Assembly (NCBI GenBank): GCA_963664325.2
Contig: CAXXDQ010000002.1
Coordinates: forward strand, 32,001 to 96,000
Source of the DNA: Desulfomonilia bacterium
Lineage (GTDB): Bacteria > Desulfobacterota > Desulfomonilia > UBA1062
Direction of reading: 5' to 3'
DNA: 64,000 nucleotides
Part shown: positions 50,149-59,356 of the stretch, piece by piece
How positions within the stretch are numbered: the stretch's first letter is position 1
Layout of the letters: each line of letters starts with the position of its first letter
Notes under the pieces: model-generated
Databases searched by the model: none
Told to the model about the DNA's origin: nothing
What the model saw: only the letters and a program-made list of their open reading frames with translations
Position numbers and translations under genes: made by a program

Positions 50149-50709
50149 ATGAAGCGTCTGTTTGATATTTTCTTATCTGCCTCAGCATTGACTGTCTTGC
50201 TGGTCCCGCTTGCTGCGATCGCCTTTATGGTTAAACTGACTTCAAAGGGGCCTGTTCTATACTGGTCGGACAGAGTGGGAATTAACAATTCAATTTTTAA
50301 AATGCCAAAGTTCAGGACAATGAAGATTGATACACCCGTGGTCGCAACACATCTCCTTGACAATCCGGATACTTATCTTACAAACATCGGATCCTTTTTA
50401 AGGAAAACCAGTCTGGATGAATTGCCGCAACTGATTAGTGTATTGAAAGGTGATATGAGTTTTGTCGGGCCAAGACCGGCACTGTACAATCAGGACGATT
50501 TAATTGAGCAAAGAACAGGAAAAGGAGTCCACAGGCTTATTCCCGGCATAACCGGTTGGGCCCAGATTAACGGAAGAGACGATATCCCGATTCCTAAAAA
50601 AGTTGAACTAGACGAATATTACCTGAAAAATTTCTCTTTCATGCTGGATATTAAGATTTTGATTTATACTTTTTTCAAGGTTTTGAAAAAGGACGGAGTT
50701 TCACACTGA
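50149..50709 (+). CDS. Initiating phosphoglycosyl transferase (PglC/WbfU-like)
   Basis: KRLFD, KFRTM, SLDELPQL, GDMSFVGPRP, PGITGWAQINGR. Confidence 0.92.
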   Translation: MKRLFDIFLSASALTVLLVPLAAIAFMVKLTSKGPVLYWSDRVGINNSIFKMPKFRTMKIDTPVVATHLLDNPDTYLTNIGSFLRKTSLDELPQLISVLKGDMSFVGPRPALYNQDDLIEQRTGKGVHRLIPGITGWAQINGRDDIPIPKKVELDEYYLKNFSFMLDIKILIYTFFKVLKKDGVSH

Positions 50710-50752
50710 GATATAGAATCAGTCCCTGGCACAATGATTCAACAGGAATGAA

Positions 50753-52105
50753 ATGCTTAAACGAATAGAAGAAATCAACGATAACTGGCTGCTGCTGGTT
50801 CTGCTTATTCTTTCAGTCATAAGTCTGATCCCGCCCTGGATTCATTATGACATTATATCTGAAGATGGGGCATTTCATTACATACCGGTTGCCAAAATGT
50901 ATCTTGAAGGTGATTTCTTCAGAGCCTTATCGCTGGAGATGCCTGTTTATCCGGTATTGCTTGCGGCGATATCATTATTTACTGGTTCAGACTTTGAACT
51001 TGCTGGCAGATTGCTCTCGGCCGTTTTCTATATAATGTCGGCCATTGGCTTGTTCAAACTTTCCCAAAGTGTTTTTAATTCAAATGCTGTGGCTTTTGTT
51101 TCCGGTATCTTCATGATAACGAACAGAGATTTAATGGATTTAGGCGTTGACTGTCTCAAGGATACATTTGTTTTATGCCTAATTATTTGGGCAACATATT
51201 TTATGACATATTGGTCATTGGTAAAAAGAAAACATGTGTTTTTTATTTTAAGTATATTTCTTTACCTGATTGGAACCTCAGTTAGAAGTACTGCAGTGAT
51301 TTTTTTGATATCCCTGTTTTTAATCTGGGTAATCTCAATTAGAAATTGGAGATCGCGTTTAGCTCTCATTCTTTTACTGATTACTGGCCTTGCGGGGGCA
51401 TACTGTTTCAAAGGGTTGATTGCTCAATATGGAAATTTGCGCAGTTTTAATCTTGACCTGTTAAAAATTAACTCAAACATTTTCATGCAGGTTTTGAGAT
51501 ATTTTGAATGCTATTTCACTGCTAGCAATCCGATGGCCGTGATCATTGCAGGTTATGGAATGATTTTATTATTCAGAAGGAATATTTATACTAAACTGGT
51601 TACAGCAGTATTTTTTGTTTCACTTCTGTTCTTTGGAATGAGGGATTACATTTCGGACAGATATATGATGCCGATGATAATAATGCTTTATCCTGTTTCT
51701 GCATATTTTATAATAAAGTGGTTTTCTTCCGGGAAAAAAATTGTCCAGTTTATTGGAATTTTGGCAATCGTCTACAGCATCGCGCAATGGGTGGACCTGT
51801 CTTTTACCAGACCTGAACCCAGAAGGCTTGCGATAAGGTATGCCGGGCAATGGATATATGAAAATTATGGATCTGATCTGAAGATTTCCACAAATCAGGC
51901 CCGCGTGATTTTTTATGCAAGGAATAATTTTAAAATTGAAGACAGGCCGAAATTTGGAAATATCGATTTATCAAGTCCGGCAGATATTATTGCAGTAGAT
52001 ATCTCAAAAGATGACGGGGCTGATATTAAAAAGAACATTGAAAAACGAGGAGGAAGCTTGCTGAATCAAGTTTATCCAATTTATATTTACAATCTTAAAA
52101 AATAA
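50753..52105 (+). CDS. GT-C fold membrane glycosyltransferase (ArnT/PMT-like)
   Basis: Acidic loop motif ISEDG..HY after TM1, PVYP.L, GRLLS, DRY..P, then a soluble C-terminus. Confidence 0.6.
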   Translation: MLKRIEEINDNWLLLVLLILSVISLIPPWIHYDIISEDGAFHYIPVAKMYLEGDFFRALSLEMPVYPVLLAAISLFTGSDFELAGRLLSAVFYIMSAIGLFKLSQSVFNSNAVAFVSGIFMITNRDLMDLGVDCLKDTFVLCLIIWATYFMTYWSLVKRKHVFFILSIFLYLIGTSVRSTAVIFLISLFLIWVISIRNWRSRLALILLLITGLAGAYCFKGLIAQYGNLRSFNLDLLKINSNIFMQVLRYFECYFTASNPMAVIIAGYGMILLFRRNIYTKLVTAVFFVSLLFFGMRDYISDRYMMPMIIMLYPVSAYFIIKWFSSGKKIVQFIGILAIVYSIAQWVDLSFTRPEPRRLAIRYAGQWIYENYGSDLKISTNQARVIFYARNNFKIEDRPKFGNIDLSSPADIIAVDISKDDGADIKKNIEKRGGSLLNQVYPIYIYNLKK

Positions 52106-52181
52106 CAAAATATGTCAACGTATCTACTAACTCGATATACCTGGAAGAATTGGTTATACTTATGTTGACTTCTAATTTTAA

Positions 52182-52640
52182 ATGATGATAAGTCCTCCGA
52201 TGGATGATTGTTCTTTGATGAAAATAGCCTTGGAAGAGGCTGAAATAGCTGCCAAAGAAAATGAGGTTCCGATTGGTGCAGTGCTCGTTTTAGGAACCCG
52301 GATTTATAGAGATCATAACAGAACGATCCAGAAATCAGACCCGACTGCCCATGCTGAGGTTGAAGTGATAAGGAAGTCTGCCAAGGTGTTGGGCAATTAT
52401 CGACTTACAGGATCTATACTTTATGTTACGATTGAACCATGTCTAATGTGTGTCGGGGCTATTGTACATGCGCGAATCGGCAAGCTTGTTTATGCTGCTT
52501 CCGACAAGAGATACGGAGCCGTGGAATCATTATTCCAGGCATTCGGGCTTGGACTCAATCACAAACCTGAAGTGCAGAGCGGAATTCTTGCCGATGAGAG
52601 TGCAAGCATTATCAGAAAATTTTTCCAGACTAAAAGGAAG

Positions 52641-52664
<24 letters not shown>
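52182..52664 (+). CDS. tadA: tRNA adenosine(34) deaminase
   Basis: EVPIGAV, DPTAHAE, NYRL, TIEPC.MC.GA. The true start may be 52200. Confidence 0.93.
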
Positions 52665-52734
<70 letters not shown>

Positions 52735-52809
52735 ATAAATAGAAAAATATTAGAATCGATTGAGATAAAACAATTTGGTTGAATAATCTGAGTTATTTGA
52801 GAATAATCC

Positions 52810-52902
52810 GGAGAGATGCCCGAGAGGCTGAAGGGGCGCGATTGGAAATCGCGTGTATCGCCAAAAGCGATACCGAGGGTTCGAATCCCTCTCTCTCCGC
52901 CA
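52810..52902 (+). tRNA. tRNA-Ser(GGA)
   Basis: Acceptor stem GGAGAGA/TCTCTCC, anticodon arm CGCGA-TTGGAAA-TCGCG, long variable arm, GTTCGAAT T-loop, GCCA end. Confidence 0.95.
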
Positions 52903-52984
52903 ATATATGATAGTGGCAAGTGATGGCTGAAGGAAAGATAACCCCGGCAGAAGCCACTTAGATTCAAATAATGTCGAAACAAGG

Positions 52985-53100
52985 CCTGGTAAAGGACCGG
53001 GTCTCGTGCAATACGGCGCTGTGAATCCCGTCAGGCCCGGAAGGGAGCAGCGGTAAGCGGTACGTCGTATGTGTATGTTAAGGCCCGGTCCTTTATCAGG
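52985..53100 (+). ncRNA. ffs: Signal recognition particle RNA (4.5S)
   Basis: Helix 8 core CCGTCAGGCCCGGAAGGGAGCAGCGG and a closing stem 52985-53004/53081-53100, followed by T8. Directly upstream of dnaX. Confidence 0.92.
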
Positions 53101-53147
53101 TTTTTTTTGGCTTTTTCTCTTGAAACAAGGACTGGATAAATAATAAT

Positions 53148-54701
53148 ATGCCTCGCATGTATCAGGTGATTGCACGTAAATATAGACCACAGTGTTTTGA
53201 AGATGTTGTGGGTCAGGAACATATAACAGTGGTGATAAGAAATGCAATTGAATCTGAAAGAATTCCTCATGCTTTTGTTTTCTCTGGACCCAGGGGGGTA
53301 GGAAAAACGTCAGTTGCCCGTATACTTGCCAAGGCATTGTCATGCGAAAAAGGCCCGAGTGCAAAACCGTGCAATGAATGTCCGATATGTATGGATATAA
53401 CTGCTTCAAGGGCTGTGGATGTATTCGAGATTGATGCTGCTTCACATACGGGTGTTGAAAATATTAGGGAGCTGATTGAAAACTCGCGTTATGCTCCCAG
53501 TACATCAAGATATAAAACATTTATAATTGACGAAGCACACATGTTATCAAAAAGCGCTTTCAATGCATTGTTAAAAACCCTTGAGGAACCGCCACCTCAT
53601 GTGATTTTTATTTTGGCAACGACCGAGCTTAACAAGATACCACTTACAGTATTATCAAGGTGCCAGAGTTATGATTTTAGAAGGATATCTGTAAATGAAA
53701 TAGTAAACCATATCAGGAATGTATCATCGGGTGAGGGATTTCATATTACGGATGATGCCCTTACCCTTATAGCAATCCAGGCAGACGGCAGCATGCGCGA
53801 TGCCCAGGGTATGTTGGAGCGCACGATGGCAACCGGTCATGGGGAGATCGGTATTGATAATATCGAGAAACTGCTTGGTTTGCTGTCAATGTCAAAAAAA
53901 CATGAGGTCCTGAATTCTCTCTTGAATAGTGATGCAACAGCATTATTAGGTCTTATTGATGAAGTTTATAGATACGGTTACGATCTGACGCAATTCTATA
54001 AAAGTATTATTGAACAATTCAGGAATATGATGGTCTTAAAAACCGGATATGACAATATCCCCTTGCCATCGGAAGAGATAAATTTTTTAAAAAAAATGAT
54101 AAAGGATTATCCCTTTGAAGAAATACACAGGGCATTGAGTGTTCTAATCAGATCTGAAACTGATATGAAGTTTTCGAGCCTGCAAAAGATAACACTTGAA
54201 ACCATCCTGCTAAGAATTATTTTTGCACCCAGATTGTTTGATCTTCAGCAGTTTACCCAGCCGAACAACTCAAATGCAAATTGTAAAATCAGTACCATTA
54301 CCTCCAATGAAACGGATCAGAGAAACAAACGCAGAGATGCCTCCTCAACTGAAAAAACCTGGATCGGGTTTCTCGGTTATTTGAATAACCATGAGGCGCC
54401 ACTATACAGTATTATTTCAAATGCGACGTATGAAGGTGATGACAATGATATTATCGTGTTGAGTGTTTCTTCAGAATTTCATGCCGAACAGATACGCAGG
54501 GATAGAGTCGAAATTGAAAAAAAGGCCAATCTATATTACGAAAGAAATATTAGTATTAAAATTGAAATCAGTGTGAACAATCAGAATGGGCAATCCATGA
54601 AACCTTCAGAAATAAGAGCCAAGGCAGTAAACACTCCTGTTGTTAAAGAAATAATGGCTGAATTTAATGGATCCATAAGAGACTTCAAGCATGATCAATG
54701 A
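53148..54701 (+). CDS. dnaX: DNA polymerase III subunit gamma/tau
   Basis: ARKYRPQ.F..VVGQ, GPRGVGKT, zinc-module cysteines, EIDAAS, IIDEAHML, SRC, GSMRDA. Confidence 0.96.
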   Translation: MPRMYQVIARKYRPQCFEDVVGQEHITVVIRNAIESERIPHAFVFSGPRGVGKTSVARILAKALSCEKGPSAKPCNECPICMDITASRAVDVFEIDAASHTGVENIRELIENSRYAPSTSRYKTFIIDEAHMLSKSAFNALLKTLEEPPPHVIFILATTELNKIPLTVLSRCQSYDFRRISVNEIVNHIRNVSSGEGFHITDDALTLIAIQADGSMRDAQGMLERTMATGHGEIGIDNIEKLLGLLSMSKKHEVLNSLLNSDATALLGLIDEVYRYGYDLTQFYKSIIEQFRNMMVLKTGYDNIPLPSEEINFLKKMIKDYPFEEIHRALSVLIRSETDMKFSSLQKITLETILLRIIFAPRLFDLQQFTQPNNSNANCKISTITSNETDQRNKRRDASSTEKTWIGFLGYLNNHEAPLYSIISNATYEGDDNDIIVLSVSSEFHAEQIRRDRVEIEKKANLYYERNISIKIEISVNNQNGQSMKPSEIRAKAVNTPVVKEIMAEFNGSIRDFKHDQ

Positions 54702-55650
54702 TACCCTTACGGCCATCAAAGGAATCAGTGTCGGCCATGAATCTGATTTTGAAGGCGGAACAGGTATTACGGTAATTATTTTTGATAAACCTGCAATCGG
54801 TTCCGCAGATATATCGGGAATGGCAACATCAACCAGGCAGATTGATTCACTGGAGATAATGCATCCCGGAACTTCTATTCATGCATTATGTCTGGCAGGC
54901 GGATCGGCTTTCGGATTGGAGGCTGCAGGAGGGGTTGTTAAATACCTTGAGGACAAAGGGGTAGGTCTTGATTTATCTGTAGCCAGACTGCCTGTTGTTC
55001 CAACTGCTGTTATATATGACCTTTCATTTATGAACGCAAAGGCCAGACCCACACAAGCAATGGCCTTTAAGGCCTGTATAGATGCAAGCAGTAAGCCGGT
55101 TGAACAGGGTGCAATAGGTGCCGGTACTGGTGCAACATGCGGTAAATTAAGAGGTGTAATTTATGCAACAAAAAGCGGGTTGGGTTCCAGTTATATAAAA
55201 GGATTCAATGATGTCGGGATAGGTGCGCTTGTCATAGCAAATCCTTTCGGTGATATATTGAATGACAAAGGAGAAATTATAGCGGGCGCAAGAGAAGGAA
55301 ATAGCTTCCTTGATACAAACAAGGCAATTGTATCAGGTGAAAACAGGAATAAAATAGGATCACCTTCGAACACTACTCTTTGCGTCCTGGTGACAGATGC
55401 TTATCTGGATAAAATATCGGCACTTCAGGTTGCCAGGATGGCAGGGAATGGTCTTTCAAGGCATATATCACCATTCAATACACCTTTTGATGGAGACATT
55501 ATCTTCTGTCTTTCAATTGGAAACAAGGAAGCACATCCTCTTCATCTTGGTGTTATAGGCGCCAGAGCTGCTGCAGCAGCTCTGATGAATGCAGTGATGA
55601 AAGTCGAATCTCTCGGTGGGCTTCCGGTTTACAAAGAAATTGTGAGATAG
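54691..55650 (+). CDS. Peptidase S58 / DmpA (P1) family
   Basis: GISVGH, TGITV, GGSAFGL, GAGTGA, NTTL nucleophile site, TPFDGD..F. Confidence 0.88.
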   Translation: MINDTLTAIKGISVGHESDFEGGTGITVIIFDKPAIGSADISGMATSTRQIDSLEIMHPGTSIHALCLAGGSAFGLEAAGGVVKYLEDKGVGLDLSVARLPVVPTAVIYDLSFMNAKARPTQAMAFKACIDASSKPVEQGAIGAGTGATCGKLRGVIYATKSGLGSSYIKGFNDVGIGALVIANPFGDILNDKGEIIAGAREGNSFLDTNKAIVSGENRNKIGSPSNTTLCVLVTDAYLDKISALQVARMAGNGLSRHISPFNTPFDGDIIFCLSIGNKEAHPLHLGVIGARAAAAALMNAVMKVESLGGLPVYKEIVR

Positions 55651-55853
55651 TGCATCATATTCCTTTTGGTGAAATCCGGATATTATCATCAGATGGCGAT
55701 GCCTTTTGCCAAGTCTGTGATGCATCAATAATAAATTTTTCAGGCGTTTGTGTATAAATGATTAATCACGGCCCAATCAACATACTTATTCTCGGATTCT
55801 TGGATGTCAATTATTAGAGTTCACAAATAATTGAAAAGTTCAGTGAATCATTA

Positions 55854-55881
55854 TTGACGCTTACCGGTGTTTATGTATCAT
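55854..55881 (+). promoter_or_regulatory. Putative sigma70 promoter of the Sel1 gene
   Basis: TTGACG (55854-55859)-N16-TATCAT (55876-55881). Confidence 0.35.
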
Positions 55882-55913
55882 TATATTTAATATGAAAAAC
55901 CGTTTGATAAAAT

Positions 55914-57410
55914 ATGACAGCAATGAAAATTATGAGAATTGAACTTAAATATAAATTTTCTGTTTTTTTTATATTCTATACGTCTACTTTATTTGGCCTG
56001 ATATTTTTCTTAACACCCCACCAGTTAATGGGCAGCTACCGTGATGTCTATGAAAGTGGTGACACTGGTACGGCCTTAAAAGAACTTCTTCATGACGCAC
56101 AAAAGGGAGATGCAGGTGCTGAATTTCAATTAGGTGTTGTTTATGAACAGGGCCGGGGAGTTTTGCAGGATTTTTCAGAAGCGGCCAAATGGTATAAAAG
56201 AGCTGCTGATGGAGGGCATTTGGAGGCACAATATAATCTGGGGCTTTTATATGAAGAAGGCCGTGGAGTGGACAAGGATTATAAAGAGGCGGCGATTTGG
56301 TATAAGAAAGCTGCTGAAAAAGGGCTTGCAGAAGCTCAGTATAACCTTGGACTTATGTATGAGGAAGGAAGAGGCCTGCAAAAAAGCAATCATGAAGCGG
56401 TCAAGTGGTATAGAAAAGCGGCAGAACAGGGAATGGCTGAGGCGCAGTATTCACTGGGAATAAAATATGAGACAGGTGAAGGGATTGGACGTAATTATAA
56501 TGAAGCTGCCAAGTGGTATAAAAAAGCTTCTGATCAGGGAAATGTTTATGCCCAATACTGTCTTGGGAGTCTTTATTGCAATGGTAGAGGGGTGCAGAAG
56601 GATTATAAGGAAGCTGTAAGATTGTATTTGAAAGCTGCTGATCAGGAATTACCAGAGGCTCAATTTGCCCTCGGTTTGATTTGCGAAGAAGGTCTTGGAA
56701 GATCCGTTAATTTATCTGAGGCCCTTAAATGGTATAAAAAAGCTGCCGAACAGGGACTAAGTGAGGCTCAGTATAATCTTGCTGTTAAATATGAAAATGG
56801 TGACGGTGTTCCACAGAATTATTTTGAGGCGGCAAAATGGTATCGGAAGGCTGCGGAACAGGGTGATTTGTACGCACAGATAAACCTCGGGAGCATGTAC
56901 AGCAGTGGAAGAGGTGTGCAACAAGACTATAAAGAAGCTGTTAAATGGTTCAAGGCAGCTGCAGAAAATGGTTTGGCGGAAGCTCAGTTTAATCTCGGTT
57001 TGACATACGAAGAGGGGATGGGAGTCCAGAACAATTATTTAGAAGCTGCGAAATGGTACCGTAAAGCTGCCGAACAGGGGCTTGGTGAAGCTCAATATAA
57101 TCTTGGAGTAATGTATGAGGATGGATTGGGAGTTGAACAGGATTATTTTGAAGCGGCCAAATGGTATAAAAAAGCTGCTGATCAGGGATTAGCTGATGCC
57201 CAGTATAATCTCGCATCATTTTATCATGATGGCAAAGGAGTTGCCCAAGACTTTATATTAGCCCACATGTGGTATAATTTGGCAGCGGCTCAGGGTAATC
57301 CCAATGCCTCTCAGAACCGGAATGATCTGGCCACTATAATGACTCCGGCACAGGTCGCCGAAGCGCAACGATTGGCTCGTGAATGGAAGCCAAAACGGAA
57401 AAAGAAATAG
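55914..57410 (+). CDS. Sel1-like repeat protein (11 x 36-aa repeats, N-terminal membrane anchor or signal)
   Basis: Eleven tandem AQY.LG..Y..G.GV.....EA.KWY.KAA.QG units and the typical C-terminal cap MTPAQVAEAQRLAREW. Confidence 0.95.
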   Translation: MTAMKIMRIELKYKFSVFFIFYTSTLFGLIFFLTPHQLMGSYRDVYESGDTGTALKELLHDAQKGDAGAEFQLGVVYEQGRGVLQDFSEAAKWYKRAADGGHLEAQYNLGLLYEEGRGVDKDYKEAAIWYKKAAEKGLAEAQYNLGLMYEEGRGLQKSNHEAVKWYRKAAEQGMAEAQYSLGIKYETGEGIGRNYNEAAKWYKKASDQGNVYAQYCLGSLYCNGRGVQKDYKEAVRLYLKAADQELPEAQFALGLICEEGLGRSVNLSEALKWYKKAAEQGLSEAQYNLAVKYENGDGVPQNYFEAAKWYRKAAEQGDLYAQINLGSMYSSGRGVQQDYKEAVKWFKAAAENGLAEAQFNLGLTYEEGMGVQNNYLEAAKWYRKAAEQGLGEAQYNLGVMYEDGLGVEQDYFEAAKWYKKAADQGLADAQYNLASFYHDGKGVAQDFILAHMWYNLAAAQGNPNASQNRNDLATIMTPAQVAEAQRLAREWKPKRKKK

Positions 57411-57465
57411 GTTGATCCGTAATTGTTACGATTTAATCTGATTCTTGAGCAATTGAAGATAGAGT

Positions 57466-57531
57466 ACCCGCCAGCTATCCTTTCTGAGGGATAATTAAAC
57501 TAAATCAGAAAGGAGAGCTGTCAAGTCGGGT
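57466..57531. repeat. Long imperfect inverted repeat between convergent genes
   Basis: CAGCT-a-TCCTTTCTGA (57472-57487) / TCAGAAAGGA-g-AGCTG (57505-57520), with outer arms ACCCG/CGGGT. Confidence 0.7.
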
Positions 57532-57557
57532 CGGAGAGCTAATTCAAATACAGTTTA

Positions 57558-57923
57558 TCAATCCTTGCCCTCTGTTTTTGTTATTGATCCTCTTATACCA
57601 GCTTTATAAAGCCTTCCGCAGGTTTCAAACATGATATAACGGGTAGCCAACAAGGGGATGTTCTTTTGCTTTGCAAGTTCTATTGCCTCGTTCAGGGGTT
57701 TTTTGCCTCTGACAAATATAATTGCTATTAAATCCATTGTATCTGCAGTACGAACAACGAGCGGGTTTGTCAGGCCTGTTAAAAGTATGGCTCCTGGTTT
57801 TGCGAAGGAGAGTACGTCACTCATGAGGTCGGCCGCAAATCCTGCTTTAACTTCAATATCGAGCCGTGATTCACCGACAATTACTTCTGCATCAAGCAGC
57901 ACCATTAAATCTCTTAGGGTCAT
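57558..57923 (-). CDS. Stand-alone DRTGG domain protein
   Basis: AADLMSDVL, LLTGLTN...VRTA, IIFVRGK, MFETCGRLY..G. Confidence 0.85.
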   Translation of the reverse strand: MTLRDLMVLLDAEVIVGESRLDIEVKAGFAADLMSDVLSFAKPGAILLTGLTNPLVVRTADTMDLIAIIFVRGKKPLNEAIELAKQKNIPLLATRYIMFETCGRLYKAGIRGSITKTEGKD

Positions 57924-57949
57924 ATTCTCTCCGCTTTTAATTTACCTTT

Positions 57950-59353
57950 CTAAAGGGACATAATGTATTCATGTATGGCCTTTGCGGCTTTTCTTCCAAC
58001 TCCCATTGCAAGAATAACTGTAGCCGCTCCAGTAACAATGTCTCCACCTGCATATACACCTTTTCTTGATGTTTGTCCTGTTTCTTCATCAGCAATGATA
58101 TATCCCCATTTGTTGGTATCAAGACCTGGTGTAGTGCTCTGAACCAGGGGATTTGCTCCAGTGCCGACTGCGACTACAACAGTGTCAACTTCCATTATAT
58201 ATTCGCTCCCTTTCTTAGGGATAGGTCTGCGTCTTCCAGATCCATCCGGTTCGCCAAGCTCCATTTGCTGGCATTCCATACTTACAACCCATCCTTTCTC
58301 GTTTCCTATGTATCTGATGGGAGTGGTCAGAAGATGCAGTTCGATCCCTTCCTCTTCGGCATGGTGAATTTCTTCAATTCTGGCAGGCATTTCAACTCTT
58401 GATCTTCTGTAAACCAGATAAACCTTTTCTGCACCGAGTCTCATCGCTGTTCTAGCAGAATCCATGGCAACATTACCCCCGCCTATCACTGCCACCTTTT
58501 TTCCTCTGACGATTGGCGTATCATATTCAGGGAAAAGATAAGCCTTCATCAGATTCGATCTTGTCAGGTATTCGTTTGCAGAATATACCCCATTAAGATT
58601 TTCTCCGGGTATATTCATAAATGTTGGCAGACCTGCACCGGTTCCAAGAAACACGGCATGGAAACCTTCTTCAAACAATTCGTCCACAGTAAATATTCTT
58701 CCAATGACATGAGAGGTTAAAACCTTGACACCCATTTGTTTTAAATAATCTATCTCTGCGGCAACAATGGCCTTGGGTAATCTGAATTCGGGTATACCAT
58801 AAACCAACACCCCTCCAGGAATGTGCAATGCTTCAAATATTGTTACATCATGGCCGAGTTTGACAAGATCTCCGGCAACTGTAAGACCTGCAGGTCCTGA
58901 GCCCACAATTGCAATTTTTTTACCGGTTGAAGGTGCAATTTCCGGAATTGATATGCTTCCTTGTGATCTTTCGAAGTCGGCTACAAATCTTTCAAGTCTT
59001 CCAATGGCTACACTTTCCCCTTTTTTTCTGCGGACACACTTTTCTTCACATTGTGTTTCCTGTGGACACACCCTTCCACAAATAGCGGGTAAAGCATTCG
59101 TTTGTTTGATTTTTCTTGCAGCATTTAAAAAGTCACTTTGAGAAACAAGATTTATAAAACCCGGTATGTCTATTTCAACGGGACAGCCTTCAATGCAAGG
59201 TTTTGTTTTGCATTGAAGGCAACGATTTGCTTCTGCTATAGCTGCTTGAGGTGTATAGCCCAGAGGGACCTCTTCAAAATTGCGTGATCTTGCCTTTGCG
59301 TTTTGCTCCGGCATTGGTTGACGTGGAATATTCATTCTTTCCTTTATATCCAT
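57950..59353 (-). CDS. nfnB: NfnB/SudA large subunit of electron-bifurcating transhydrogenase (GltD-like)
   Basis: EANRCLQC..KPC..GCP, CGRVCPQETQCE, GSGPAGL, GIPEFRLP, GGGNVAMD, GGDIVTGAATVI. No gltB adjacent. Confidence 0.85.
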   Translation of the reverse strand: MDIKERMNIPRQPMPEQNAKARSRNFEEVPLGYTPQAAIAEANRCLQCKTKPCIEGCPVEIDIPGFINLVSQSDFLNAARKIKQTNALPAICGRVCPQETQCEEKCVRRKKGESVAIGRLERFVADFERSQGSISIPEIAPSTGKKIAIVGSGPAGLTVAGDLVKLGHDVTIFEALHIPGGVLVYGIPEFRLPKAIVAAEIDYLKQMGVKVLTSHVIGRIFTVDELFEEGFHAVFLGTGAGLPTFMNIPGENLNGVYSANEYLTRSNLMKAYLFPEYDTPIVRGKKVAVIGGGNVAMDSARTAMRLGAEKVYLVYRRSRVEMPARIEEIHHAEEEGIELHLLTTPIRYIGNEKGWVVSMECQQMELGEPDGSGRRRPIPKKGSEYIMEVDTVVVAVGTGANPLVQSTTPGLDTNKWGYIIADEETGQTSRKGVYAGGDIVTGAATVILAMGVGRKAAKAIHEYIMSL

Positions 59354-59356
59354 TTA

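Noticed and set aside
54083-54096. T6A8 run in dnaX as a gamma-subunit slippage site
   Set aside because: It falls near codon 314, inside domain III, so a shift would truncate the oligomerisation collar; no stimulatory hairpin was seen.
55651-55727. GGCGATG...TGATG segment resembling a fluoride riboswitch
   Set aside because: Pseudoknot-forming and conserved core residues do not fit, and the downstream gene is unrelated to fluoride.
56100-57300. 108-bp periodic repeats as a CRISPR array or DNA tandem repeat
   Set aside because: They are degenerate coding Sel1 repeats with no identical repeat-spacer structure and no cas genes.
57950-59353. Glutamate synthase small subunit (gltD)
   Set aside because: Paired with a PyrK-like nfnA and no gltB, which fits NfnAB better.
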